In this document: in pieces, positions 19,253 to 28,446 of the stretch
Position numbering within the stretch: position 1 is the first letter of the stretch
Layout of the letters: every line of letters begins with the position of its first letter
NCBI GenBank assembly: GCA_030612725.1
Contig: JAUWNJ010000001.1
Location: forward strand, 134,648-198,647
Origin: Planctomycetales bacterium
GTDB taxonomy: Bacteria > Planctomycetota > Phycisphaerae > SM23-33
Direction: 5' to 3'
DNA: 64,000 nt
The notes under the pieces: generated by a model
Databases searched by the model: none
The model's input: only the letters and a program-made list of their open reading frames with translations
Told to the model about the DNA's origin: nothing
Made by a program: the position numbers and the translations under genes

Positions 19253-19412
19253 AAAACCGAAATCCGAAGCACGAAATCCGAAACAATATTGAATGACCAA
19301 AATCCAAATTCTCAAAACTCCTCCTCTAACAGGTTTCGACGAGATTGTTTTGAAAATTCGAATTTCGGATTTAGAATTTGTTTCGGATTTCGATATTCGG
19401 ATTTCGGATTTG
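19253..19412. repeat. ~160-bp palindromic element of degenerate AAATCCG heptamers (copy 2)
   Basis: Same arm sequences as 16747-16905 with an unrelated ~25-nt centre. Confidence 0.85.
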
Positions 19413-19423
19413 GGCGCAGCCGG

Positions 19424-19705
19424 TTATTTCATGTGTTCCGGTACGAGCGGTTCTGCCAGGGCGAATCGGTCCCAACTCATACCTCCGCATTTCGGGCACA
19501 GGCCGCTTTTCGGTATCACCCCGTGCGCCGGGGCGTATCCACAGTAATGGCAGTTGATAAACATCCGCTTGGGTCTGGCGGCAGAGGGCGGAACGCGAAA
19601 ATAGTCACTGCAGGCGGCATCGGTCAAACGGGCGTAATGCGGGCGACCCGGTCGCCTTTTACGGTCAGCCAACCTGCTCCGAGTTTTAATGTTGCCGGCG
19701 CTCAT
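19424..19705 (-). CDS. Small zinc-ribbon protein
   Basis: CHYC...CPKCGG..W.RF. Start taken at ATG 19705 (track start 19762). Confidence 0.6.
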   Translation of the reverse strand: MSAGNIKTRSRLADRKRRPGRPHYARLTDAACSDYFRVPPSAARPKRMFINCHYCGYAPAHGVIPKSGLCPKCGGMSWDRFALAEPLVPEHMK

Positions 19706-19946
19706 ACGTTTCAATTCCCGCTGTCTGTCGGGTCGGTGGTGCACTGCGAACAGACACACCAACCTGCTATTATTTTAGACGTTTCCGGCGGCAAATAGTT
19801 TCGGATAATTTGGGGATTTTGGCAGTTTCGTCCTTACTCTATGTTTGGCAAGGTGTTATGGCCACCGTTGACTCAATAAAACTATTCCCCCTCTTGCTTA
19901 CCGAGGGGTTTCACGCCCGCAAACTTACGCGTATAATGTCTCCGAC

Positions 19947-20435
19947 ATGAATTACCTGAAAAAATGTCTCTGCCTGGTGTTTCTGACCGGCGTAATGGGC
20001 GGGTGTGAAGTTGTCTCGCCTGTTTACAGGCAGAGTACTGGTGGTTATCTCGGTGCGGACATTACGCCCAAGAACACCTGGAGCGTTCGAGGCGATCTTG
20101 CCAATCCCGCTGCCGCTGCCGATGAGGATATTTCCACTGCCGCTCGCAGCAACTACGGTTATACAGGGGCAGAATTGATAATCGACCTGAAGAAGGTCTG
20201 CCTCTTTCAGACCGTTATCCTCGAGCACGGAACCGCCAAAAGCGGGCACTGCCGGGAGGTCGATATATCCACTGGTGTGGACGGTAAAAATTTCAGCAAA
20301 AAACACGTCGCACCCGGAACACGTCGCTTTACGATCATTTCGCTACCGGCTCCGACGCTCGCGAGATACGTTCGCATCAAGGCCGTCAGTCCCGGAAGAG
20401 GCCGATGGTACATCGCGGAGGTTTATATACAGTAG
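19947..20435 (+). CDS. Lipoprotein with discoidin (F5/8 type C)-like domain
   Basis: Lipobox MGGC, LIIDL, STGVDGKNF, ARYVRI, WYIAEV. Confidence 0.75.
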   Translation: MNYLKKCLCLVFLTGVMGGCEVVSPVYRQSTGGYLGADITPKNTWSVRGDLANPAAAADEDISTAARSNYGYTGAELIIDLKKVCLFQTVILEHGTAKSGHCREVDISTGVDGKNFSKKHVAPGTRRFTIISLPAPTLARYVRIKAVSPGRGRWYIAEVYIQ

Positions 20436-20470
20436 GGACTTGGGACTAGGGACCAGGAACCAGGCAACAG
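20433..20470 (+). repeat. GGGACTA-type heptamer array
   Basis: TAGGGACTTGGGACTAGGGACCAGGAACCAGG begins at the stop codon. The first 19 bp are identical to 45136-45154. Confidence 0.75.
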
Positions 20471-20582
20471 AATAAAAAGCAAAATCCGCAATCACCTGGC
20501 CCCTCTCGCCGCACCCGACGCCGAGCAGCGCATCGCCCGTAGTTTGGGTGAAAAAAGCGTTCAGCGTTCTTTTTTTATCTTT

Positions 20583-20614
20583 TGCTGACTGCTGACTGCT
20601 GACTGCTGATTGCT
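20583..20614 (+). repeat. TGCTGAC heptamer array
   Basis: TGCTGAC x3 + TGCTGAT + TGCT, just upstream of the next RBS. Confidence 0.8.
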
Positions 20615-20631
20615 TCAAAAAGGAAAACGAC

Positions 20632-21090
20632 ATGAACGAAGAAAACGCAGCAGGTACATCGGGAACTGACACAAAATTTGTGATTATCGCTGGTTCGCTG
20701 CTTTTGGTGATTATTGCGCTGTTGGCGGGGCTGGCGTTGCGTATGCGAACCCGTGCGATGCGGGCTGAACGCGATGTTGCCGCTCTGCGGAGCCAACTGA
20801 AGTTTGCGACCGGCGCAGGCGTGCGATTCTCAGGCGGCCCGGGTTCCCCCGACGCGATGATCCAGCAGATGGTTGCCAAGGCAATTCGCCGTCATAAAGT
20901 GCAGCCTGAAAATCTCCGGGCAGAGCAGGTTCACCTCAACGGACGGGACGTAAAGGCCCTCCGCCTGCCGGTAGATGTCGCCGAGAGGTTCGGCTTCAGC
21001 CCCGGCGACGTGATAATCGTGGATGAACCTGCGCCGACAACCACAACGGCGCCGAATAAGACAACGCGTCGCCGTACCGGCGACGGCTAA
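20632..21090 (+). CDS. Single-pass membrane hypothetical protein
   Basis: SD AAGGA, one TM helix, then a coiled-coil-like segment. Confidence 0.65.
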   Translation: MNEENAAGTSGTDTKFVIIAGSLLLVIIALLAGLALRMRTRAMRAERDVAALRSQLKFATGAGVRFSGGPGSPDAMIQQMVAKAIRRHKVQPENLRAEQVHLNGRDVKALRLPVDVAERFGFSPGDVIIVDEPAPTTTTAPNKTTRRRTGDG

Positions 21091-21161
21091 ACGGATTTTC
21101 CGATAGTTCGGTTTGCCCGCTGAAGCCTTGGCGAAGGCGGGTATTTCGGTAGAATAACGTC

Positions 21162-22760
21162 ATGGCTAAGAGTTTTGTGCGAATATCGCTGGCGACTAAG
21201 TTTCGCGTTTTGTTCGCCATTTCCGGGATGGCGATTATCGTCTCGGCGATGGCGCTTCCGTGGTACTTCACGGAGCGTCTGACCGAGGCCGCCGCCGAGC
21301 GTTCAGCCTCCGAGATAGCCCGCCTGGCACTGCACGAATGGGAGCAGAATCGCCATGTCGCTCCGTTGGCCCAAAGCGCCGTCGCCAGATACTTCACTGC
21401 CGGGGCGGACGGGCGGCGCGGGCCTGATTTCATCTCGCTCCTGGCTAAGGACAAGGACGCCGGAGCGATGGATGAATCCGTCCGGCGGGCGGTATCGCTC
21501 TTCAACGACGATCAGCATCGCAAAATGGTCCTGATAACCGAGGAAGACGAGGAAGGGCGAAAACTCTATCGCTGCCTCCACGCCGTGCGAGCGAAGGCTT
21601 CATACCTTTCAGGCAACTCCGGACGGAGCGAACCGGACATCCAACTGGGACAGTTAATCGGCGTTATTGACATCACAATTCCCCCGCCGGCTGGGGCGCT
21701 GATCTGGTGGACGCGAGGAATGTTCGTGCTGGGCGCAATCATCGCGGCAATGACGGCCTTAATTACGCTCCGTTTTATCGCCCGCCAGGTTGTCCTGAAA
21801 CCTATTCGCCAACTCGACGACCTGGCAAACAAGGTTGCCGAGGGCGACTTGAGCGTGCGATGCAACCTGGTCGGCGGAGATGAATTCGAAAAACTCTCGC
21901 AGCGATTCAACGAAATGCTCGACGTCATCAGCGTCCAGACCGACCAACTTCGCCAGGCAAACCGGGCGCTGGACCTTCGGCTGAGCGAACTGGCCGAGGC
22001 AAACGTCGCGCTGTATGAAACAGATCGTATCAAAAACGAGTTTCTCGCCAACGTCTCGCACGAGTTGCGGACGCCGCTCAACAGCATTATCGGTTTCGCC
22101 GAACTACTGGGGCAAACCGACGACGAGAAACGTCGGCGACATGCCGGAAACATCCTCACTTCGGCGCGACTGCTGGAGGGAATCGTCAACGACCTGCTAA
22201 CGGCTGCTAAAATCGAATCCGGTACCGGCGAGGTCAGACGGGATAAGGTTTCAATAACCGATCTGGTCGAGACGCTCGGGCAACTTATCCGCCCCATGGC
22301 CGATAAGAACCACCTCCGAATCGCCGCCAAAGCAGCCGAAGGCGTTCCTGTGATAACCACCGACCCCGGAAAGGTTCAGCAGATACTCTATAACCTGCTG
22401 AGCAATGCCATCAAGTTCACACCGCCCGACGGCGACGTTACCATCTCCGCCCGTCGGGTCGCCGCTACCGTCTCGCCTCTCAAGGTCGATTCGGTGGCGA
22501 TGGCGGTGGCCGACACGGGTCCGGGAATCCCCGCTGCCGACCAGAAGCGGATATTTGAAAAATTCTCACGCCTGGATAATACGATGACCCGCGAGCACGG
22601 AGGGGCAGGACTGGGACTGGCAATCTCGAAAACGCTCACGGGTCTGCTGGGCGGAAGACTCACCCTCGACAGCGAACCGGGACACGGAGCCACCTTCACA
22701 CTCATCCTTCCCGTCAACCCGCCCGGTCAACGCGACGAAAATAAAACGCGCGACCAGTGA
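21162..22760 (+). CDS. HAMP-domain sensor histidine kinase
   Basis: Two TM helices, HAMP, H-box FLANVSHELRTPL, NLLSNAIKFT, DTGPGI, GAGLGL. Confidence 0.95.
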   Translation: MAKSFVRISLATKFRVLFAISGMAIIVSAMALPWYFTERLTEAAAERSASEIARLALHEWEQNRHVAPLAQSAVARYFTAGADGRRGPDFISLLAKDKDAGAMDESVRRAVSLFNDDQHRKMVLITEEDEEGRKLYRCLHAVRAKASYLSGNSGRSEPDIQLGQLIGVIDITIPPPAGALIWWTRGMFVLGAIIAAMTALITLRFIARQVVLKPIRQLDDLANKVAEGDLSVRCNLVGGDEFEKLSQRFNEMLDVISVQTDQLRQANRALDLRLSELAEANVALYETDRIKNEFLANVSHELRTPLNSIIGFAELLGQTDDEKRRRHAGNILTSARLLEGIVNDLLTAAKIESGTGEVRRDKVSITDLVETLGQLIRPMADKNHLRIAAKAAEGVPVITTDPGKVQQILYNLLSNAIKFTPPDGDVTISARRVAATVSPLKVDSVAMAVADTGPGIPAADQKRIFEKFSRLDNTMTREHGGAGLGLAISKTLTGLLGGRLTLDSEPGHGATFTLILPVNPPGQRDENKTRDQ

Positions 22761-22794
22761 AGGTGATTCACGGTCTTCCGGGAATCCGGTTGTA

Positions 22795-23223
22795 TCAATA
22801 CCACACGGTAACGATGACGTTCGGCTCCGGTTTTTTACCCTCCATCGTTCCGATGACCTGGCCGACGTATTTGACCTCAACTTCGTTGCTGTCAAGCCAC
22901 TCGTTTATCGTCTCGGCCATGTGGTCGAGAGCGGATACCGTTAGTTTCGAGTGGAACAGTCGGCAGCGGACGGCTCCGGTGCCCGTAAGGATCGGCGTCC
23001 GTTTATACCGATGCTCCTGATCCGTGGTTCCGGTGTGTGCGCCGAAGGCTTGAATCTTAGTCGATGACCGCCCCGAAATCGGTCCGGAAGCGTCTTCCTC
23101 ATCGGCAAGCGACAGCGGCGCAAGATCGTCGTAATCCAATGGAATGGGGGCTTCTTCCGGAGTGGAAGTTTCTTCCGGGATAGAGGTTTCTTCCGGGGTG
23201 GGGGTTGTTTCGTCTTGAGACAT
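22795..23223 (-). CDS. Hypothetical protein with acidic N-terminus
   Basis: Start MSQDETT (ATG 23223). PEETS repeats and globular C-terminus GTGAVRCRLFHSKL...INEWLD. Confidence 0.7.
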   Translation of the reverse strand: MSQDETTPTPEETSIPEETSTPEEAPIPLDYDDLAPLSLADEEDASGPISGRSSTKIQAFGAHTGTTDQEHRYKRTPILTGTGAVRCRLFHSKLTVSALDHMAETINEWLDSNEVEVKYVGQVIGTMEGKKPEPNVIVTVWY

Positions 23224-23328
23224 CGTTCTTCTCCTGAACAGGAAATATAAATATGATGGCAAAAACTCAATTACCAATCCATACATTATACGCTCGCCGG
23301 CGTCGAGAACAAGAAAGTCTCGGTAATT

Positions 23329-25848
23329 TCATCGTCGGGTAATGCGTGCGAGGCACCATTCGCCAAGCATCAGCGCCAGGCCGACCCCGAGCAACCACGG
23401 CCAAAGGTCTGTCATTCGACGAGAATATGACTGCTTCAGCACGTCGCGTAGTTTCTCCGCGGGAACGATTTTCCCGCCGGTCAGATCGGCAAGCCGTCGA
23501 AGAGATTTGCTGTCCGCCCCAATTGATCGGTACTCGCACCGGTACAGTACGCTTGCCTGACCACGCCAGAGAGTAACGCCCTTGTGGTCCCGAACGGCTA
23601 CGCCTGCCGGCAAATCCGCAGGCCAATCGGTCCGGGCGAGATACTTACCGGGAGCCACCTGGTCAAAATTCGCGCCGCGAGTCTCTTCGCCGCCGACGGA
23701 GATAATCTCGGCCAAAAGTTCCAGTTTGTTGACGGGCAAACCTTTGTTCCGTGCAGTCAGTATGATTTCAAGCCGCCCGGCACGTCGCTTAATTGCCGCG
23801 TCAAACCTCGGATCGTTGATTCCGCGAAGAGTCCATTTAATTGAGGCAGAGATCAGTTTCGCTGCCTCGGCGGAACGAGCCCACGCTTCGTTGTCATTTT
23901 TCGAGATGGGCACCGCCAGGCAGACGCACCGGCCCAGTCCGGACCGACATCGCCCGCCGACAGGCTCGCCACCTGTTGTGCGGACGAGTATTTCAGCGTT
24001 TTTTCGAGCGGCAGAGAGGATGTAGGCGTCGATGTCCGGCAGGGCGGTCAGTCCGGTGTCGAACAGTGCAGCCGGAATGGTCAGCGCGGTGCGCTTCCGT
24101 CGCAGAACGTCGCCCCTGCCTCGCCGAACGAGTTTTGCGAAAACTTTCGCCAATCCGGCAAGCCGGTCCCGCTCGACGTAGGGCGCACCCAGCAATTTCG
24201 CCAGCGATTTGATGGGCGCGACAGTATCGCCCGACGACGCCGAAGAATTTTCCCGAATGGCAACCACAGCCAGGCCGGCTTTTGAGCGACGCAAAGCGTC
24301 GGCCCATTCGGAGGGGTCAAACTGCTCGGTTTTCAGGTCGCTGACAATCAGCAGCATCGTTTTTCGACCTGTCGGTGGCGGTTTTGACAGGGCGGCTTCG
24401 ATGGCGGGGGTTACTCTGGTCGAACCGGATGGACGGACTTTTTTCATCGCCTCGCGCAAGGCTGTGAAATCGCCCGGCGAGTTGCCGCTGTCATAAACCA
24501 CTTCGGGGCGATCGGAAAAGGCGATGACCGTCAGCGTATCTCGTGCGGTGAGGTGGTCTTTGAGTGCAATGACGGCTTCGGAGGCGAGGTCGAATTTTAT
24601 CTGCGATGACCCGCCGCCGGTGCGGGCGGTTAGCTGGGTCATCGAACCGGACTTATCCAGCAGCACCACCAGCCGCAGCGGACGACGCTCAAACGGATTT
24701 GCCAGAAGCGGCAGTACCCGGTTGAGCGGGTCTTCCCGATCGGACGGCGTTTCGTGCGGGCCTGTACCGATAAGGGTCAATCCACCCCCCGCGCGGACAT
24801 ACCGGGCCAGTGCCCGCCGCTGCGCCGACGAAAGAGACGAACCCGTCGCGTCGGACACGATAACAGCGGAAAATCGGGCCAGTGCCGAAGCGTCATCCGG
24901 CATGGCATCGTGCGGAATGAATGTAACAGGATAACGAATTTCGCGGAGTATAGACCGGGCATCCTTTCCAATACCAACTGCGGCGATGACCTGGCGGACC
25001 GGAAGGACCAATGTCGAAGCCGAGTCGTTCTCGGTGATAACCACGTCGCCGGTAAGACTTACGGAGTATTGGCCCCATGCGTCGGACGCGACGGCGTCGG
25101 TAACTCGAACGGTGCTCGGCGAATTGCCCGTCAGCGACAGTTTCCGGACTCCGAGCGGATGAGATTGTCCTCGACGGGTGATTGTCAGCGTCCGTTTCAA
25201 CGGGGAATTGGCGGAAACATCGGCCGTTATTTCGACCTGCGTATCGGAGATTCGTCGGGCGGCGAAAGCGACGATTCTTGCATCTGCCGGCGGTGCGTTC
25301 AGCGGAACGATGCGTACCTGAACGCCAAGGTCGGCAACGGCCTGGGCGGCGGCCGAGTAGTCAGTCTCGGTGAATCGCCCGTCGGTTTCGATAATCGCAG
25401 CGGACAGGGCGTTTGGGCCTCGTGATGCGATTAGCCGCAATGCCGGTGCGATAAGCGTGGCGTGGTGGTGCAGGTTTTCAACCTGTGCGGCGTGGGAGAT
25501 ACCGTCGGCGAAACCGAACTGCTCAACCTTCGCGCCGGACGGGAAATCCGATTTCCGAATGCCCCGCCCCTGCCCCCGCACCGATCCGGACACATCGCTC
25601 AGCAACAGGTAAGGTAAATCCGCCTGCTTTCCGATCGGCGCTTTCGGGCGCGCCAGAGCAGTCGCCACCAGCGTCAGCGCGATGCACTGCGCGACTACAG
25701 CCGGGATGGGAATTCGCCGCCCATGCCGCCCGGCAAACCACGCCGACAGTACCGGCATCGCCGCCAGCGGGATCGTAACCAGCCAGACCGGGCAGGTGAA
25801 TAACAACCAACTTTCGCCGATAACGGAACCGACCATCCGGTACTCCAC
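23329..25848 (-). CDS. VWA-domain membrane protein (BatA-like N-terminus, GATase-like domain)
   Basis: Two MIDAS motifs (DVSGS, DKSGS), YVRAGGGL, LRRLADLTGG, C-terminal LWPWLL TM. Confidence 0.85.
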   Translation of the reverse strand: MEYRMVGSVIGESWLLFTCPVWLVTIPLAAMPVLSAWFAGRHGRRIPIPAVVAQCIALTLVATALARPKAPIGKQADLPYLLLSDVSGSVRGQGRGIRKSDFPSGAKVEQFGFADGISHAAQVENLHHHATLIAPALRLIASRGPNALSAAIIETDGRFTETDYSAAAQAVADLGVQVRIVPLNAPPADARIVAFAARRISDTQVEITADVSANSPLKRTLTITRRGQSHPLGVRKLSLTGNSPSTVRVTDAVASDAWGQYSVSLTGDVVITENDSASTLVLPVRQVIAAVGIGKDARSILREIRYPVTFIPHDAMPDDASALARFSAVIVSDATGSSLSSAQRRALARYVRAGGGLTLIGTGPHETPSDREDPLNRVLPLLANPFERRPLRLVVLLDKSGSMTQLTARTGGGSSQIKFDLASEAVIALKDHLTARDTLTVIAFSDRPEVVYDSGNSPGDFTALREAMKKVRPSGSTRVTPAIEAALSKPPPTGRKTMLLIVSDLKTEQFDPSEWADALRRSKAGLAVVAIRENSSASSGDTVAPIKSLAKLLGAPYVERDRLAGLAKVFAKLVRRGRGDVLRRKRTALTIPAALFDTGLTALPDIDAYILSAARKNAEILVRTTGGEPVGGRCRSGLGRCVCLAVPISKNDNEAWARSAEAAKLISASIKWTLRGINDPRFDAAIKRRAGRLEIILTARNKGLPVNKLELLAEIISVGGEETRGANFDQVAPGKYLARTDWPADLPAGVAVRDHKGVTLWRGQASVLYRCEYRSIGADSKSLRRLADLTGGKIVPAEKLRDVLKQSYSRRMTDLWPWLLGVGLALMLGEWCLARITRR

Positions 25849-25864
25849 CGATTAGTAGTAGTAT

Positions 25865-25946
25865 GTAGGCTGGGACGGAGCAAAGCGGAGTCCCACCTTT
25901 TTGCAGCGAGAAAGGTGGGACTCCGCTTTGCTCCGTCCCAGCCTAC
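25865..25946. repeat. GTAG-initiated REP-like palindrome (36-bp perfect arms, 10-nt loop)
   Basis: GTAGGCTGGGACGGAGCAAAGCGGAGTCCCACCTTT / AAAGGTGGGACTCCGCTTTGCTCCGTCCCAGCCTAC. Relatives at 38425-38460 and 9755-9774. Confidence 0.9.
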
Positions 25947-26815
25947 TATTGACCACCGACTACCATTTTTTTGACTGGCGTTGCGAAGACCTCCGGCACG
26001 ATTATCACGACCGTCTCGAACTGAAGAGCCTTCCTCTGGTGTATCAGGAAATGATATCCCGGACTGCTCCGTCGTCGCGCTTCTGCCGCAGGACCGATAA
26101 GAATAAAATCGCCCCGTGGAACCTTTAATCTGAAATCCATACCGTCGAGGCCGTAATAGATCGGTTCGGAGACAAGGGCGTATTTTCCCGAACGTTTAAT
26201 ATATCCTTTGCGTCGCCGGTTGGAACGGATCGCCGCAGCCGCCGTTATGTGAACAGCCGAGGGGTCGTCGTAGTTTATTGTGGCTGTTGTTACCAGCACG
26301 TTGTCGCCGGCGGGGTAATCTCGCCCGACGAGCGATGCGTCCCGACGGTAGGTGAAAATTGTCTGCGATTTATTAGAAGATTTAAAGACTATGGGCATGG
26401 GCCTTCCGGGGCTGGACAAAACCGAGGTCTGAACCAGTGGTTGTCCCGTAAGACTCTGAAGAATGGCGGTAACGTTTTTCCATGCGCCCTTGCGCCCCAA
26501 CCCGACGCGGACACCGTTGCCGGTCAATGCCGAACCAACATGAGCGCCCGCCGGTTCTTCGTCGAGGTAACTCCACAAGTCCTCCGAGTCGCTCACCGAC
26601 CCCACCGGTACCTGCACGGTTATCAGGTTCGTGCGTATCACCAGGACGAAATCTCGAGGATTTTGCTTGTGTGCATCAGTGAAGGGTTCCAGCGTAACGC
26701 CTTCAAGGGTCGGAGGCTCGCCGCGAGGGAATGGGGACTCTTCCGGGGTTTTGCACCCACCCAAAGCCGACAATACCGCAATAAGCAGCACACAGATTGG
26801 ACGCCATCGTTTCAT
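25946..26815 (-). CDS. Hypothetical lipoprotein
   Basis: 289 aa, lipobox LGGC. Confidence 0.7.
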   Translation of the reverse strand: MKRWRPICVLLIAVLSALGGCKTPEESPFPRGEPPTLEGVTLEPFTDAHKQNPRDFVLVIRTNLITVQVPVGSVSDSEDLWSYLDEEPAGAHVGSALTGNGVRVGLGRKGAWKNVTAILQSLTGQPLVQTSVLSSPGRPMPIVFKSSNKSQTIFTYRRDASLVGRDYPAGDNVLVTTATINYDDPSAVHITAAAAIRSNRRRKGYIKRSGKYALVSEPIYYGLDGMDFRLKVPRGDFILIGPAAEARRRSSPGYHFLIHQRKALQFETVVIIVPEVFATPVKKMVVGGQ

Positions 26816-26904
26816 AGCACTAAAACCTGTGCATGATAGTAGCGTCTAACCCCATCCGATGTCAAAGCCGACGGATAGCTATCCGTCGGCTTCGGTGTCC
26901 TTTA

Positions 26905-27663
26905 TCACAGTGTATCGTTCTGGCCGACAGGTTCCCGGAGATCAGCCTGCATGATGCTGAGGCTTGCTCTACGCCAGCCTCGAATAAACTTCATCTGAAC
27001 GACGATGCTCAGCAGCAGTACAAAGACCGGATATCCTATGAAGCGGTCGTAGTATAGAACCTTCGTTAATATCGTTACGTTCTTTGCGTCCCAGACCATC
27101 CGGCTTGTCCAGTCGATAAGGTCGTCGAGGTTATACAGCGCTCCGCAGGCTAAGGTGCTTCCTGTAACCTGCTGCCAGGGAATCAGGAACACCAACAGCA
27201 GTAATGACCAGAAGAATCCGCCGATGAACCCTGCCGTACCCCCGGTTCGTCCGACGAGCGACAACTGTACCGCCGTCAGCATCGTGAGAACCAACAACAT
27301 TCCCGCCGCCATGGCGATAAATTTCGTCATCGGAAGAGCCCAACGCAGCACCTCATACCATGTCCAGGCATTGTCGTCGGTTTTGGCGTCCGAAGCATCA
27401 GCCGGTGCGGTGGTCGCCTGCTCGTTCCTGGCCTGAGCAACGCCAGATAACTGCGGCGCATCGTCAATTACTCCGACATATCGCACCGATACAAACGCTG
27501 CCGCCTGAACGACGAGCGAAAGCACGATCAACCACCACAGGTAATTCTTGGCCCGACGAACAGTAAAAAGAGCGGCGTGATATTCTTCATTCTCAAGAGG
27601 CGAGCGGACAGGCTCCATAATCGATGACTCCTTCATATATGGTTGCAGAATCCATTCCTGCAT
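26905..27663 (-). CDS. Hypothetical multi-pass membrane protein
   Basis: About four hydrophobic helices. Start uncertain. Confidence 0.7.
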   Translation of the reverse strand: MQEWILQPYMKESSIMEPVRSPLENEEYHAALFTVRRAKNYLWWLIVLSLVVQAAAFVSVRYVGVIDDAPQLSGVAQARNEQATTAPADASDAKTDDNAWTWYEVLRWALPMTKFIAMAAGMLLVLTMLTAVQLSLVGRTGGTAGFIGGFFWSLLLLVFLIPWQQVTGSTLACGALYNLDDLIDWTSRMVWDAKNVTILTKVLYYDRFIGYPVFVLLLSIVVQMKFIRGWRRASLSIMQADLREPVGQNDTL

Positions 27664-27822
27664 TCCTGTATGTTCATCGGTTCAAAAGGCGATTATCCAT
27701 TAGGTCTGCGGTTCGTTTATGTACACAAGCGAGCGAGTGGTAGGCTTGCAACCTTCCGCTCGCCCGTGTTAATTCGGAAAATTCCAATGAGGTTTGGGCC
27801 TCTGTTAAGACGCAGCAGCGCC

Positions 27823-28404
27823 TTACTTCATGGCCTTCGCCATCTCTTCGTACATTTCCTTATGGATTTTCTCGGCGGTGTAACCTTTCTTTCCAATTTT
27901 GCTGGTGGCATCCTTCATAGCCTTAGTCAGGGCTTCGAACATTTTCAGTGTCATGCCCATGTCCTTCATTTGATTTTCGTCGGCCATGTCTTTCGCGTCA
28001 ATCTTCCATTCGCCGTCTTTCTTGACGAGGTTCAACGGTTCTTTTTGACCCTTTTTGGTGGCAGTGGCCTTGTCGCCGTCTATCTTGATTTCCATGTCTT
28101 CAAGCCACTTGTCATCCTTAAAATCGTCCAGGTAGCTTTTAGGGATGGCGTCTTCGCCATATTCCTTTACCATGGCCTCTTTGAATTTCATCTTGGCGTA
28201 CGTCACTTCGCACATGACGCCCAGGAACTTTTCCTGGTCTTCCGTCGCGTCGAAACAGGCGACGAACGCTTCACTGTCGCCGTCTTGCATCGCCTTGACC
28301 ATGTTCTCCAGAGCCTCTTTCGGCGTCGATGCCTTCTTGCTGCAACCAGCCGATAAAGAGAGACTCAAGCAAGCAATAACCGCCAATATCATCTTACATT
28401 TCAT
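27823..28404 (-). CDS. Lipoprotein, NTF2/DUF4878-like
   Basis: Lipobox SAGC, TPKEA, IDGDKAT, LVKKDGEWKID. Start at ATG 28404 after SD AAGGA. Confidence 0.7.
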   Translation of the reverse strand: MKCKMILAVIACLSLSLSAGCSKKASTPKEALENMVKAMQDGDSEAFVACFDATEDQEKFLGVMCEVTYAKMKFKEAMVKEYGEDAIPKSYLDDFKDDKWLEDMEIKIDGDKATATKKGQKEPLNLVKKDGEWKIDAKDMADENQMKDMGMTLKMFEALTKAMKDATSKIGKKGYTAEKIHKEMYEEMAKAMK

Positions 28405-28446
28405 CTTTCTTTCCTTTTCATGGGTCATTAAACGCTTTCATCTAAC

